A stretch of 64,000 nt of DNA from an uncultured Actinomycetes bacterium (GTDB lineage Bacteria > Actinomycetota > Thermoleophilia > UBA2241), in contig CAVPVX010000010.1 in NCBI GenBank assembly GCA_963709345.1, positions 64,001 to 128,000 on the forward strand. The letters are read 5' to 3'. Below, in pieces: positions 29,332 through 39,530 of this stretch. The notes below the pieces were generated by a model. That model did not search any database, was not told where the DNA came from, and saw only the letters and a program-made list of their open reading frames with translations. The translations under genes and the position numbers were made by a program. Position 1 is the stretch's first letter. Each line of letters opens with the position of its first letter.

Positions 29332-30368
29332 AGGCCTACCAGCTGGTCGAGTGGCAGCAGCCACCTCGGCTTCGCGATGTCCGGGTCCCCGAGCCGGACG
29401 TCGGCCAGGTGTTGATCAAAGTCGGTGGCGCCTGCGCCTGTCACACCGACCTGAGGATGATGGAATGGCCCCCCGGCCTGCACGACTACGCTCTGCCTTT
29501 CACGTTGGGTCACGAGAACGCGGGCTGGATCGCCGCGCTCGGCCCGGGCGTTGAGGGATGGCGTGTCGGAGATGCGGTCATCGTGTACGGCCCATGGGGC
29601 TGTGGCCGATGTGCCGCATGCCGCGAAGGCCGAGAGACGCTGTGCGAGCGTGCTGCCGAAGCCGACGTACCTGTCGGCGGCTTCGGTCTTGACGGCGGCA
29701 TGGCTGAGTACATGCTCGTACCGGATGCCCGGTGGCTGGTGCCGCTCGGCGATCTTGACCCCCGTGAGGCCGCTCCGCTCTCGGACGCTGGGCTGACTCC
29801 CTACCACGCCGTCAAGTCGACGCTGTCGCTGCTCACCCCGGGCGCAACGGCGCTTGTGATCGGCGTGGGCGGGCTCGGGCACATGGCGGTGCAGCTGCTG
29901 CGTGCCGTCTCGGCGGCCCGGGTGATCGCGGTCGATGTCGACGAGTCGAAGCTCGGGCTGGCGCGCGCCGTCGGCGCCGATGAGACGGTGGCCGCCGGCG
30001 AGACGGCGGCTGCCCGGATCCGCGAGCTCACGCGTGGTCTGGGTGTGACGGTGGTGTTCGACTGCGTCGGTGCCGAGGCGACGATGCGCCTTGCGACGGC
30101 GGTCGTCCGCCCCGGCGGCGCCGTGCAGGTCATCGGCCTCGCGGGCGGGATGCTGCCGTTCGGCTACGGGGCGTTGCCCTTCGACGTCAGCCTGACCATC
30201 CCCTACTGGGGGAGTCTTCCCGAGTTGGCGGAGGTCATCGAGCTCGCGCGCTCTGGGCGCATCCATGCTCACACCGAGCGTTTCGCTCTCGATGAGGCGG
30301 CGGACGCCTACGCCCGGCTTCGCGCGGGCGCCCTGCAGGGCCGAGCGGTCATCACGCCACACGGGTAG
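29328..30368 (+). CDS. Zn-dependent NAD(P) alcohol dehydrogenase
   Basis: CHTD, GHE, structural Zn motif CGRCAAC..C, DAGLTPYH, GVGGLG; ends in TAG. Confidence 0.9.
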   Translation: MKAYQLVEWQQPPRLRDVRVPEPDVGQVLIKVGGACACHTDLRMMEWPPGLHDYALPFTLGHENAGWIAALGPGVEGWRVGDAVIVYGPWGCGRCAACREGRETLCERAAEADVPVGGFGLDGGMAEYMLVPDARWLVPLGDLDPREAAPLSDAGLTPYHAVKSTLSLLTPGATALVIGVGGLGHMAVQLLRAVSAARVIAVDVDESKLGLARAVGADETVAAGETAAARIRELTRGLGVTVVFDCVGAEATMRLATAVVRPGGAVQVIGLAGGMLPFGYGALPFDVSLTIPYWGSLPELAEVIELARSGRIHAHTERFALDEAADAYARLRAGALQGRAVITPHG

Positions 30369-30406
30369 ACGCGGATCGCCCGGTCTGCCGGCCCTTCCGA
30401 AACGAC

Positions 30407-31363
30407 TCAGGCGAGAGCAGCGAGGGGTCGCATCGCGATTGCCTCTGTGGGACACGTGGTCGAGCAGAGCCCGCAGCCGCGGCAGGCCGAAGGCTCCAGC
30501 CGCGGTCTCCCTTCAGACTCAGAGGTGATCGCTCCGAACGGGCAGCGCATCGCGCAGCGTCCACAGGGCTCGCACGCGTCCGTATCGATGTCCGCGACGT
30601 GCCGCCGGCGCGGCCAGACGGCCTCGGCGTCGAGCTGCCGCGCCGCCCGGTGTGGAAAGCAGCAGTCGGTGCAGCAGTTGCAGATCGCGTGCATGTCGCC
30701 TGCGGAGCGACCCAGATAGTCGGTGTGGGTGAGACCGGCCGCATCGGTCTCGTGCAGTATCTCGATGGCTCTCTCTTGCGAGATCTCCCGGCCCAGGCCG
30801 CGCTCATTGTCGAAGCGCAGGCAGACATCGACGGGCCTGTCGCAGCCGCCGACGATCGCGCGGCAGTCACAGGGCCAAAGATAGACGTGTGGTTCCGCGG
30901 CGATCACAGCCTCAGCCTCGGGCAGCAGAAGATAGGTGTAGTCGATCTGCTTGGAGTCACCCGGCGCTCCCCGCTTGAGCGCCTCGAGGTCGTCGCGGAC
31001 CGACTCGGCGTAGTCGTCGGTCGCCCACTCCGCAAGGCGAAGACGGATGTCGTCCGGGACGTCCATCCAGCCCTCGAACATGGCCCAGATGTCGAGGCGG
31101 TCGGCGAAGGACGCCGGGGTGTGGTCGCCGGCGTCGTCGCGGTCGAGTGCGGCACGGCGAACGCCACGGTCGAGAGCCTCGATGGAGACATCGCGCAGGC
31201 GATCGTCGGCCGCGGCGAGCACGAGATCCGTGTCTTCTTCATCGTAGAAGCGGTCGAGCCACGGGATGGTGAACTCCGGCGCTCCGACGACCGCTCCGAC
31301 ACGAGACAACGCTGCCTCTCGGGGGTCGCCCCCCATCCATCTCTTGATTCCGTTCTCGCTCAC
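30407..31363 (-). CDS. 4Fe-4S ferredoxin-domain protein of unknown function
   Basis: CDCR, ICNCCTDCC and two CxxCxxCxxxCP motifs; GGAGG RBS before GTG. Confidence 0.8.
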   Translation of the reverse strand: MSENGIKRWMGGDPREAALSRVGAVVGAPEFTIPWLDRFYDEEDTDLVLAAADDRLRDVSIEALDRGVRRAALDRDDAGDHTPASFADRLDIWAMFEGWMDVPDDIRLRLAEWATDDYAESVRDDLEALKRGAPGDSKQIDYTYLLLPEAEAVIAAEPHVYLWPCDCRAIVGGCDRPVDVCLRFDNERGLGREISQERAIEILHETDAAGLTHTDYLGRSAGDMHAICNCCTDCCFPHRAARQLDAEAVWPRRRHVADIDTDACEPCGRCAMRCPFGAITSESEGRPRLEPSACRGCGLCSTTCPTEAIAMRPLAALA

Positions 31364-31589
31364 GCCACGACCTCCCCCAGACCCAGTGCGGCAACCGTCT
31401 CCGGTGATGGTACGCCATCTGGGGCCCAGCCGGTGAGTCCACACAGCTCGCGTCGCAGGTCGTACACATCGACCAGGTGGCTACAGCCGCGGCGGCCACG
31501 ACCACGAGTACGCAACAAGAGTGGCGCCTGCTGATGCAGGGTTCATCGGGCGGGCGCTTCGCTCGTGAGGTCTCCCGCCCGTCGCGCCG

Positions 31590-32219
31590 TCAAGCCACGC
31601 TCTCTGCGACGATCTCCCACACGGCCTTCGGGCGCCCATACCTGTCGATGACCTGCTCGCGCGTCTCCAGCGTGCGCCAACCCTCGGCGACCAAGGCCTC
31701 CACTGCGGTGCGGTCGAAGAATCGCTTCGTCCGAGTGCTCACCAGGTAGGAGTCCTTCTCGATCTGCTGGGGATCGTCGGGCCAGTGATGCACATCGTTC
31801 GTGGAGTTGAGTCTGCACAGCAGCAGGCCCGCGGGCAGGAGCAGTGTGTGGATGCGGTCGAAGAGGGCGACGGTCTCGTGCCAGGGGAAGTAGTGGAGTG
31901 ACAGGCTGGCTACGACCACTCGGGCGCCGGCTGCCGCAGATGGAAACGGGTCGCGCACGTCTTGGCAGAAGAACTCAGCGGCCGGGGCGCGCCAGCGTGC
32001 CGCATCGATTTGTGACGGGGAGATGTCCAAGGCGACGACGCGATGACCGGCGGCGACGAACACTTCGGTGTCGCGACCGTCTCCGCAGCCGAGCTCCAGA
32101 ATCGGGTCGTCGGCAGCGCGGCCGGCGACGAGGTCCAGCCAGTTCTCGAGCCACGGATCAGCGCCGACGTTGCGTTTCAACCTTGACCCCACTTCTCGAC
32201 GGTCTCGCGGAGGAAGCAC
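31590..32219 (-). CDS. Class I SAM-dependent methyltransferase (start uncertain)
   Basis: ILELGCGDG, VALDIS, SLHYF. Confidence 0.8.
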   Translation of the reverse strand: MLPPRDRREVGSRLKRNVGADPWLENWLDLVAGRAADDPILELGCGDGRDTEVFVAAGHRVVALDISPSQIDAARWRAPAAEFFCQDVRDPFPSAAAGARVVVASLSLHYFPWHETVALFDRIHTLLLPAGLLLCRLNSTNDVHHWPDDPQQIEKDSYLVSTRTKRFFDRTAVEALVAEGWRTLETREQVIDRYGRPKAVWEIVAESVA

Positions 32220-32385
32220 AACGGATCGATCACCGCTCGCCCCCGTGTCGCATGGCCGTACTCTGCGGCAAGCGCAGGCAGTGCGCTACAGCTGCACACT
32301 TCCGCGCAAGACTGTACCACCAGGTTCTCCGGGTGCGGAGGTACGGACGACGGAATGCGACGGGGAGGTGCGGGTGCCGACCGAC

Positions 32386-33216
32386 TCAGAACTCCGGCGG
32401 GAGTTCCTTCATCTGGGCTGCTGTGAAGACGGGCCCGTCCTTGCAGACGTACACGGGCCCGATGTTGCAGCGGCCGCACTTGCCGAGTCCGCACTTCATG
32501 CGGTTCTCGAGCGTGGTGAAGATGGCCTCGTCGGCGAAGCCCAGCTTCTCCAGCACCGGAAGCGTGAGCTTGACGACGATCGGCGGGCCGCAGAGCACGG
32601 CGACGGCGTTGTCGGCCTTCGGCGCCGTCTTCTCGACGACCGGCGTGACGTAGCCCACCTCGCCGGCCCAGTCCACGGTCTCGCCGCCGGGATCGACGGT
32701 GCTTACCATCGTGATGTCGGAGCGCGAGCTCCACTCTTCCAGCTCGCGCTTGTACACGAGGTCCTCGACCGAACGGGCGCCGTACACGATGGTCACGTCG
32801 CCGAACTCGTCGCGGCGGTCGAGCACGTTCCAGATGACGCAGCGTACCGGCGCCAGGCCGATGCCGCCGGCGACGAACACCACGTCCTTGCCCTTCCAGT
32901 CGTCGACCGGGAACCAGTTGCCGTAGGGACCGCGGAAGCCGACGGTGTCCCCGCGGTTCACTTCGCGAAGTGCCGACGTGACCTTGCCGACCGCCTTGAA
33001 GCTGCACTCGATGTAGCCCTCTCGCGTCGGCGCGCTGGCGATGCAGAAGGTGCTCTCGCCGGCGCCGAAGACGCTGTACTCGCCGAACTGGCCGGCCTTG
33101 AAGGCGAAGCTCTCTCGCAGTGCCTCGTCCTGGAACTCGAGGCGGAGGGTGCGAGTGTCGGGCGTCTCGTCGACAAGCTCCGTGACGGTGGTGAGGAGCG
33201 GCTGATAGATGTTCAC
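32386..33216 (-). CDS. flxA: FlxA/AsrB-like FAD/NAD-binding oxidoreductase subunit
   Basis: RGPYGN, AGGIGLAP, CGPP, MKCGLGKCGRC, CKDGPVF. Confidence 0.85.
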   Translation of the reverse strand: MNIYQPLLTTVTELVDETPDTRTLRLEFQDEALRESFAFKAGQFGEYSVFGAGESTFCIASAPTREGYIECSFKAVGKVTSALREVNRGDTVGFRGPYGNWFPVDDWKGKDVVFVAGGIGLAPVRCVIWNVLDRRDEFGDVTIVYGARSVEDLVYKRELEEWSSRSDITMVSTVDPGGETVDWAGEVGYVTPVVEKTAPKADNAVAVLCGPPIVVKLTLPVLEKLGFADEAIFTTLENRMKCGLGKCGRCNIGPVYVCKDGPVFTAAQMKELPPEF

Positions 33217-34442
33217 GAGGTCACCGGCTCGGGGGCGTCGGGGGCGGGCTCGGCGGCGGCGGCTTCGTCCGGCCGCCGCGCCGCGATGTCGATCTCCTGC
33301 AGGATCTCGACGATGTCCTGGCCGGCGTGGCAGACGCGTGTGCAGCGGCCACAGCCGGTGCAGAGCACCTCCCCGAACTTGAGCGGGTAGATCGAGTACT
33401 TGTGGTTGATCCGCTGGCGGTAGCGCACGTGCTGGTCGTCACGCGGGTTGTGTCCGCTGGCGTGCAGGGTGAAGGTCGGCGCCTGGCAAGTGTCCCAGCA
33501 GCGTCGCCGGGTGCCGCGGCCGACGCCCTCCTCCTCGTCGACGATGTCGAAGCAGTGACACGTCGGGCAGACCGAGGCGCAGGCGCCGCAGCCGTTACAG
33601 CGGATCGCGAGGGTGGCGAGGAGGGGATCTTCGAAGTGGCTGTCGATCCAGTCGCGGACCGAGGCGGCGTCGATCTCGAGGTTGGCGGCGACCCGGGCGC
33701 GGGCGGCGGCACGCTCGTCCTCGGCCTGACGCCCGCGAGTGTCCGCTGGGACGTCGTCGCTGAGGCGCGCCGCGTGCGCAGCCGCGAAGGCACGGCCCTT
33801 GTCGGTCGTCACCTCGAGCACATACCCGCCGTCGACCGGCGTGAGCAGGCCGTCGGCGCCCTTGGTGTCGTCGGGCGCCGTGTCGACCGCGGTGCAGAAG
33901 CAGCTCTCGTCGATGACGGGGCAGGCAAGGTTGATGATCGTCGTCGCTGCGCGGCGGCCGTTCCAGAGCTCGTCCCTGTAGTCCCAGTTCATGACCTGGT
34001 CGACGACGGCGAGGGCGGCGCTGTCACAGGGCTTCGCCGCCAGGACGACCCGCGGAGCGAACTCGATGGGGACGTTCTCCACTGCGATTGTGGTGCCCTT
34101 CTGTTTCCAGTGGCAAAGCGCTTCGTGCTCGGGGAGGAAGTACCCCTTGAGCGAGAGCTGCGGCAGGCCGCGGGAGAGGTCGAGCTCGTCGGCGCCGGCC
34201 AGCGGGCGGTAGTCGATGTCCACGGCGGCGACGCCGGGGAGGGTGCACGCCGACGCGGCCATGGCCGACGGAGACTGACACACATCGGTGGCGAGAGGCG
34301 CGATCACTTCCGTGCCCGCACCCAGCAGGTCGCCGACGAGGCTGCGCAGGTCGGGCTCGCTCAGGAAGAAGCGCTTGGGCGGCCCGTTCGAGGCGGTCGC
34401 GTTGCCGCGTGCGCCGGCCGTCGTGTCCGTCGCGTCGGTCAC
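33213..34442 (-). CDS. flxB: FlxB/AsrA-like 4Fe-4S dicluster subunit
   Basis: PCD, CFC, CNGCGACASVCPTCHCF, CTGCGRCTRVC. Confidence 0.8.
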   Translation of the reverse strand: MTDATDTTAGARGNATASNGPPKRFFLSEPDLRSLVGDLLGAGTEVIAPLATDVCQSPSAMAASACTLPGVAAVDIDYRPLAGADELDLSRGLPQLSLKGYFLPEHEALCHWKQKGTTIAVENVPIEFAPRVVLAAKPCDSAALAVVDQVMNWDYRDELWNGRRAATTIINLACPVIDESCFCTAVDTAPDDTKGADGLLTPVDGGYVLEVTTDKGRAFAAAHAARLSDDVPADTRGRQAEDERAAARARVAANLEIDAASVRDWIDSHFEDPLLATLAIRCNGCGACASVCPTCHCFDIVDEEEGVGRGTRRRCWDTCQAPTFTLHASGHNPRDDQHVRYRQRINHKYSIYPLKFGEVLCTGCGRCTRVCHAGQDIVEILQEIDIAARRPDEAAAAEPAPDAPEPVTS

Positions 34443-35350
34443 TTGATGAACTCCTGCCGGTCGTCGAGGCGGTAGTCGCCTATCGGCGCCACGTTCTCGG
34501 GGTCGTCGCTGACCTTGTAGTCGTAGCGCTCGGCGACGATCTGCTGCAGCTTCCGGTTCACGAGGCTCAGCGGGATCCCGACCGGGCAGAAGCGCTCGCA
34601 CTCGCCGCAGTCGACGCAGCGGCCGGCGAGGTGCAGGGCGCGCGTGACGTTCCAGCTCAGGTTGCCGCGCGGGTGGGCGGAGGACTCGATCCACTGCGGC
34701 TGTGTCTTCTCGACGATGCAGCGCTCGCAGATGCAGAGGGGGCAGACCTGGCGGCAGGCGTAGCAGCGCACGCACTTGCTGAACTGCTCCGTCCAGAATG
34801 CCCAGCGTTCCTCGACTGGCTGGCCGTCGAGCGCAGCCACGCGCTCGTCGATGGTCATCACCGGCCGCGGAGGCTCGGGCTGCGACTCGCCGACGAGGTG
34901 ATCCGTCAGCGTCGGCTCGCGGTTGTCGCAGCCGTAGCAGCGCGGCGCCACGTTCTCCGGCGTGAGGGCCACGGCGGCGGGCAGCTCGTTCTCCTCGAGC
35001 ACGCCGCCGCAGCGTACGCCGATCAGGACGACGTCGTCTCGCTTGAGCTGCGCCTCGCGCAGCAGTCCCGCGACGGCCTTGGCGTCGCAGCCCTTGACGA
35101 CGAGCCCTATCTTGCCGAGCTCGGCGACGTGGTCGCGGCGTGGGTTCAGATAGGTCACCAGATCGTGCACGCAGCGTGTGTCGAAGATGAGTCTGTCCGT
35201 GTCGGCCGGGTCGGTGATGAAGACCGGCCGGGCCCCCAGGCGCGCGGCCTCGTAGCCGATGATGACGCGCACGTCGCCTGCCTCGAGCAGCTCGCGGGCG
35301 ATGCGCCGAAGCTCGGCGACGCCGGTGTAGACGGGCGCGGTCTCCGTCAT
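34439..35350 (-). CDS. flxC: FlxC-like 4Fe-4S dicluster subunit
   Basis: KGCD, CVRCYACRQVCPLCIC, HLAGRCVDCGECERFCP. Confidence 0.8.
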   Translation of the reverse strand: MTETAPVYTGVAELRRIARELLEAGDVRVIIGYEAARLGARPVFITDPADTDRLIFDTRCVHDLVTYLNPRRDHVAELGKIGLVVKGCDAKAVAGLLREAQLKRDDVVLIGVRCGGVLEENELPAAVALTPENVAPRCYGCDNREPTLTDHLVGESQPEPPRPVMTIDERVAALDGQPVEERWAFWTEQFSKCVRCYACRQVCPLCICERCIVEKTQPQWIESSAHPRGNLSWNVTRALHLAGRCVDCGECERFCPVGIPLSLVNRKLQQIVAERYDYKVSDDPENVAPIGDYRLDDRQEFIK

Positions 35351-35841
35351 GGCGTCACCTCGGCGCTCGCCTGAGCGGGTGCGCCGGACGAAACGGCTTC
35401 GCCGTCGTCGGGCGCCAGCGCCCGATACGCCTCGAAGGGGCCGAGCTCGCGCACGCTTGCGACGGCTTCGTTCACGACGTCCTTCCACTTCGCGCCCTCG
35501 CTCGCCGAGACCCAGCTGAAGGTCATGCGTCGCGGGTCGACGCCGACGAAGTCCATGATGTCGTGGAACACGGCGAACCGCCGCCGGGCGTGGTAGTTGC
35601 CCGAGGTGTAGTGGCAGTCGGCCGGGTGGCAGCCGCTGACGATCACGCCGTCGGCGCCGCGCTCGAACGCCTTGATGATGAACAGCGGGTCGATGCGGCC
35701 CGTGCAGGGCAGGCGGATGATGCGCACGTTGCTCGCCATGTGCAGGCGGCTGGTCCCGGCCAGGTCGGCTCCGGTGTAGGTGCACCAGTTGCAGACGAAG
35801 GCGGTGATGCGCGGTTCGAAGTCGTCGTGCGTCTCGCTCAT
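35347..35841 (-). CDS. flxD: MvhD/FlxD [2Fe-2S] subunit
   Basis: FVCNWCTYTGAD, PCTGR, GCHPADCHY, WVSASEG. Confidence 0.9.
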   Translation of the reverse strand: MSETHDDFEPRITAFVCNWCTYTGADLAGTSRLHMASNVRIIRLPCTGRIDPLFIIKAFERGADGVIVSGCHPADCHYTSGNYHARRRFAVFHDIMDFVGVDPRRMTFSWVSASEGAKWKDVVNEAVASVRELGPFEAYRALAPDDGEAVSSGAPAQASAEVTP

Positions 35842-35842
35842 C

Positions 35843-37870
35843 TCACTCCCACGCGCAGAGCGCATTGATCTCGCTGTAGACCTGCTCGTCGGTGAATGTC
35901 TGCAACTCGACGCTCTTGCTCAGGCACACGGCCTGGCAGGTGCCGCAGCCCTGGCAGACGCCCGGGTTCACGTAGGCGGTGTGCCCGCAGACATGGCCGT
36001 CGACCGTGCAGATCTCGCGCTGCTCGATGGCTCCGTACGGGCACACCAGCTCACAACGCATGCAACCGATGCAGGTCTCCTCGCTGACGACTGCCACGGC
36101 CGGCTCGCGCTCGAGCTCGTCGGCGCTGAACAGACCGAGGACCTTGGCGCCGGTGGCGCTGGCCATGGCGACCGCGTCGGGGATATCGCGCGGCGCCTGG
36201 CAGGCGCCCGCGACGAACACCCCTGCGGTGTTGGTCTCGACCGGGCGCAGCTTGGGGTGCGCCTCGTTGATGAAGCCGTGCTCGTCGGTGCTGACACTGA
36301 GCTTCTGCGCCAGCTCACGGATGCCGTCCTGAGGCCGGATGGCAGTCGCGAGTACGACCATGTCGGCGTCGATCGCGACCTGTTCGCCGCTCAGCGTGTC
36401 GAAGCCCCACACCTTGACCTTGTCGCCGTCGCGGAAGATGCGGCTGACGCGGCCGCGGATGTATTCGGCACCGTCTTCCTCGATCGCCCGCCGGCTGAAC
36501 TCGTCGTAACCCTTGCCGGCGGCGCGGATATCCATGTAGAAGGCGACGGCGCGCCCGTCATGCACCTTGTGCTTGTACAGCATCGCGTGCTTGGCGTTGT
36601 ACATGCAGCAGATCTTGCTGCAGTACTCCATGCCTTTGTCCGCGTCGCGGGAGCCGACGCAGTGGACGAAGACCACCGTCTTCGGCTCGGTGCCGTCCGA
36701 CGGCCTGAGGATGGCGCCCGCGGTCGGCCCGCTGGCCGAGGCGAGGCGCTCAAACTGCATGCCGTCGATCACATCCGGTACCTCGCCGTACCCGTACTCG
36801 CCGTATCCTTTGAGGCCCTCGGGCTGGTCGCGACCGATGTCGTAGAGCTTGTAGCCGGTCGCGACCACGATCGCGCCGACCTCCTCGGTCACGAACGTGT
36901 CCTCGGTGTCGTAGTCGATGGCTCCCTTGAGGCACGCCTCCTTGCACTTGCCGCACGCGTCCTTCTTGAGGCCCTTGCGGCGGCCCTTGAAGAGCGTGCA
37001 GTTCTCGCGATCGAGCACCGGGATGTTGGGGACGGCCTGCGGGAACGGCACGTAGATCGCCGTCCGCTTACCGAGCCCTGCCTCGAACTCGCTGGGGATC
37101 TTCTTGGACGGACACACTGCCTGACAATCGCCGCAGCCGTTGCACAGGTCCACGTCCACGGACCGCGCCTTCTTGCGGATCGTCACCTCGAAGTTGCCGA
37201 TGTAGCCGTCGACCTTCTCGACCTCACTCCACGTGTGGAGTTTGATGTTGGGGTGCTGGTATGCCTCGACCATACGTGGTGTCAGGATGCATTGGGAGCA
37301 GTCCAGCGTGGGGAACGTCTCGCTCAGCTGGCTCATGTGCCCGCCGATCGAGGCTTCCTTCTCGATGAGCACGACTTCGTGGCCGCCATCGGCGATGTCG
37401 AGCGCGGCCTGGATGCCTGCGATGCCGCCGCCGATGACGAGGGCGCGCTTCGTCACAGGGATCTTGATCGTCTCGAGCGGCCGGTTGTGCTTGACCTTCT
37501 CCACGATGGTACGGGCGATATCGATCGCCTTGTCCGTGGCCTCTTCGCGGTCCTCATGGATCCAGGAGCAGTGCTCGCGGATGTTGGCCATCTCGCACAT
37601 GAACTTGTTGACGCCCGCCTGGTCGACGGCGCGGCGGAACGTCTTCTCGTGCATGTGAGGCGAGCAGGCGGCCACGACGACGCCGGTGAGGTCGTTCTCT
37701 TCGATGGCCTTCTTGACGAGCTGCTGGCCCGGGTCGGAACACATGTACTTGTAATCCTGTGCGTACGCCACACCCGGGTGGTCTTTGAGCGCCTCGGCGA
37801 CTGCGGCACAATCCACGGTGCGGGCGATGTTCTCTCCGCAGTGGCAGACAAAGACACCGACGCGGCTCAC
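35843..37870 (-). CDS. hdrA: Heterodisulfide reductase subunit A
   Basis: GVFVCHCG, NIREHCSW, IGGGIAG, FPTLDC, CVGSRD, YCSKICC, C-terminal ferredoxin motifs. Confidence 0.95.
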   Translation of the reverse strand: MSRVGVFVCHCGENIARTVDCAAVAEALKDHPGVAYAQDYKYMCSDPGQQLVKKAIEENDLTGVVVAACSPHMHEKTFRRAVDQAGVNKFMCEMANIREHCSWIHEDREEATDKAIDIARTIVEKVKHNRPLETIKIPVTKRALVIGGGIAGIQAALDIADGGHEVVLIEKEASIGGHMSQLSETFPTLDCSQCILTPRMVEAYQHPNIKLHTWSEVEKVDGYIGNFEVTIRKKARSVDVDLCNGCGDCQAVCPSKKIPSEFEAGLGKRTAIYVPFPQAVPNIPVLDRENCTLFKGRRKGLKKDACGKCKEACLKGAIDYDTEDTFVTEEVGAIVVATGYKLYDIGRDQPEGLKGYGEYGYGEVPDVIDGMQFERLASASGPTAGAILRPSDGTEPKTVVFVHCVGSRDADKGMEYCSKICCMYNAKHAMLYKHKVHDGRAVAFYMDIRAAGKGYDEFSRRAIEEDGAEYIRGRVSRIFRDGDKVKVWGFDTLSGEQVAIDADMVVLATAIRPQDGIRELAQKLSVSTDEHGFINEAHPKLRPVETNTAGVFVAGACQAPRDIPDAVAMASATGAKVLGLFSADELEREPAVAVVSEETCIGCMRCELVCPYGAIEQREICTVDGHVCGHTAYVNPGVCQGCGTCQAVCLSKSVELQTFTDEQVYSEINALCAWE

Positions 37871-38991
37871 TCTGCGTCACCACCTTCGGGGCCGGCGGGG
37901 CGGCCTTCGGCCGCTGGGCCGGCGTTGGACTCCGTACTGTCGGCGGCGGCCTTCTCGGCTGCGGCGCGCTTGGCTGCCCGAGCTGCGGCCTTGACGGCGG
38001 CCTCTTCCTGGGCCTTCTTCTCGGCCACGGCACGCACTTCCGCGCGTGCCATGAGGTCTTTGAGGAAAGGCTCGGTGGCGACGAAGTGCCGGCTCATGCC
38101 CATAGGCTCGGTGGGTAGGCCGAGGGCAAGACCCACGACCTCCGTGATGAACAACACGGGCAGCGGCTTCTCTCCGCGCGCCGTCATCGCCTTCTGACGA
38201 AGGTCGAGGTTGCTGTGGCAGAGGGGGCAGGCGACGACGATGGCCTCGGCGCCGCTGCGCCGGGCGTCCTCGACGATCGCGCGGCCCAGTCGTACCACGG
38301 AGGCGGTGCGGCTGACGCTGAAGGCGCCGCCGCAGCACTCCACCTTCATGTTCCAGTCGACGGGCTCGGCGCCACAGGCGCTGATCACTTCGTCCATCGA
38401 GGTCGGCTGCTCGGGATCGTCGTAACCGCACACATCCGCGGGTCTTACCAGCAGACATCCGTAATAGGCGGCCAGCTTGATGCCCCCGAGAGGGTTGGGC
38501 AGTGCGGACGCGCCGGCGACTCTCTCTTTGATGGCCGGCGCCATGTCCCTCAGCAGCTGGATGGCGTTGAAGACCTCGACGCTGTTCTCGAATGGGCGGC
38601 CGAGGATCTCCGGCATGCGCTCGGCGAGACCCTCTTCTTCAGCGACCGCGATGTGTGCCGCTGCCAGGCGGTTGTAGCAGGCGGCGCAGGGCGCCAGTAC
38701 CCGATTGAATCCCTGGGCCTCGGCAAGCGCGAGGTTACGCGCCGGGAGGGCCACACCGAGAAGGTGATCGGTGGTGTGGCCGCTGCTTGCGCCGCAGCAG
38801 TTCCAGTCGTCGATCTCGGTCACGTCGACGTCCAGCGCCTCGACCACGGCGCGCAGGCTCTCATCGAACTCGCGTGAGGTGCCTTTGAGCGAGCAGCCGG
38901 GGTAGTAGGCGATCCGGTCGGACTGCGGCTCAGAGGTCTCCGCCGCGGTTGCGTCGGTCTGCGCGGTCACGTCTTCGGCCACGCTGCTCAC
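37867..38991 (-). CDS. hdrB: Heterodisulfide reductase subunit B
   Basis: Two CCG domains: YYPGC, WNCCG, PCAAC and YYGC, CCGG, ACPLC. Confidence 0.93.
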   Translation of the reverse strand: MSSVAEDVTAQTDATAAETSEPQSDRIAYYPGCSLKGTSREFDESLRAVVEALDVDVTEIDDWNCCGASSGHTTDHLLGVALPARNLALAEAQGFNRVLAPCAACYNRLAAAHIAVAEEEGLAERMPEILGRPFENSVEVFNAIQLLRDMAPAIKERVAGASALPNPLGGIKLAAYYGCLLVRPADVCGYDDPEQPTSMDEVISACGAEPVDWNMKVECCGGAFSVSRTASVVRLGRAIVEDARRSGAEAIVVACPLCHSNLDLRQKAMTARGEKPLPVLFITEVVGLALGLPTEPMGMSRHFVATEPFLKDLMARAEVRAVAEKKAQEEAAVKAAARAAKRAAAEKAAADSTESNAGPAAEGRPAGPEGGDAE

Positions 38992-39530
38992 GGGTTCATC
39001 CCGCATTGCTCGAAGATCCGCTTGACCTCGGCGACGCCGTCGATGCGGTCGGGAAGGATGCTGAGCTTGCCGCGAGCGAACATGGCCGGGGCGTTGGTCA
39101 CGTCTTTCATGAGGTTCCCGCTGCGCAGCTTGTACTCTATGACGAGACCCATCTCATGCAGGCGGCCGTTGCTGCGGATCCGGTCAAGGAAGGACTTGTG
39201 AAAGGCACTGATGGAGCGCGGCATCACGGCCACGCCCGACTCGAAGGCGATCTCACGCACGGCATCGATGACGCGTGCCGGGTCGCAGTCGTTGGGGCAG
39301 CGTGCACTGCAGGTCTCGCAGGTGAGGCAGAGCCAGATGGACTCGTCCTGGAGAGCCTTGTCGCGCGGGCCGTACATCACGCGGCGCATGACCTGGTGCG
39401 GGCGAAGATCCGACTCGGATGCCATGGGGCAGCCGGCAGAGCACTTGCCGCATTGGTAGCAGGTGGCTGCGTTGATGCCGGTGGCGTCCCGGATCTCGGC
39501 GGCGAGGGTGCGGGACTGCGTGCTCGGCAT
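38988..39530 (-). CDS. hdrC: Heterodisulfide reductase subunit C
   Basis: CYQCGKCSAGCP and WLCLTCETCSARCP. Confidence 0.93.
   Translation of the reverse strand: MPSTQSRTLAAEIRDATGINAATCYQCGKCSAGCPMASESDLRPHQVMRRVMYGPRDKALQDESIWLCLTCETCSARCPNDCDPARVIDAVREIAFESGVAVMPRSISAFHKSFLDRIRSNGRLHEMGLVIEYKLRSGNLMKDVTNAPAMFARGKLSILPDRIDGVAEVKRIFEQCGMNP

Noticed and set aside
32386-39530. Selenocysteine (in-frame TGA) in HdrA or MvhD/FlxD
   Set aside because: All seven ORFs are uninterrupted and the relevant motifs have Cys codons.
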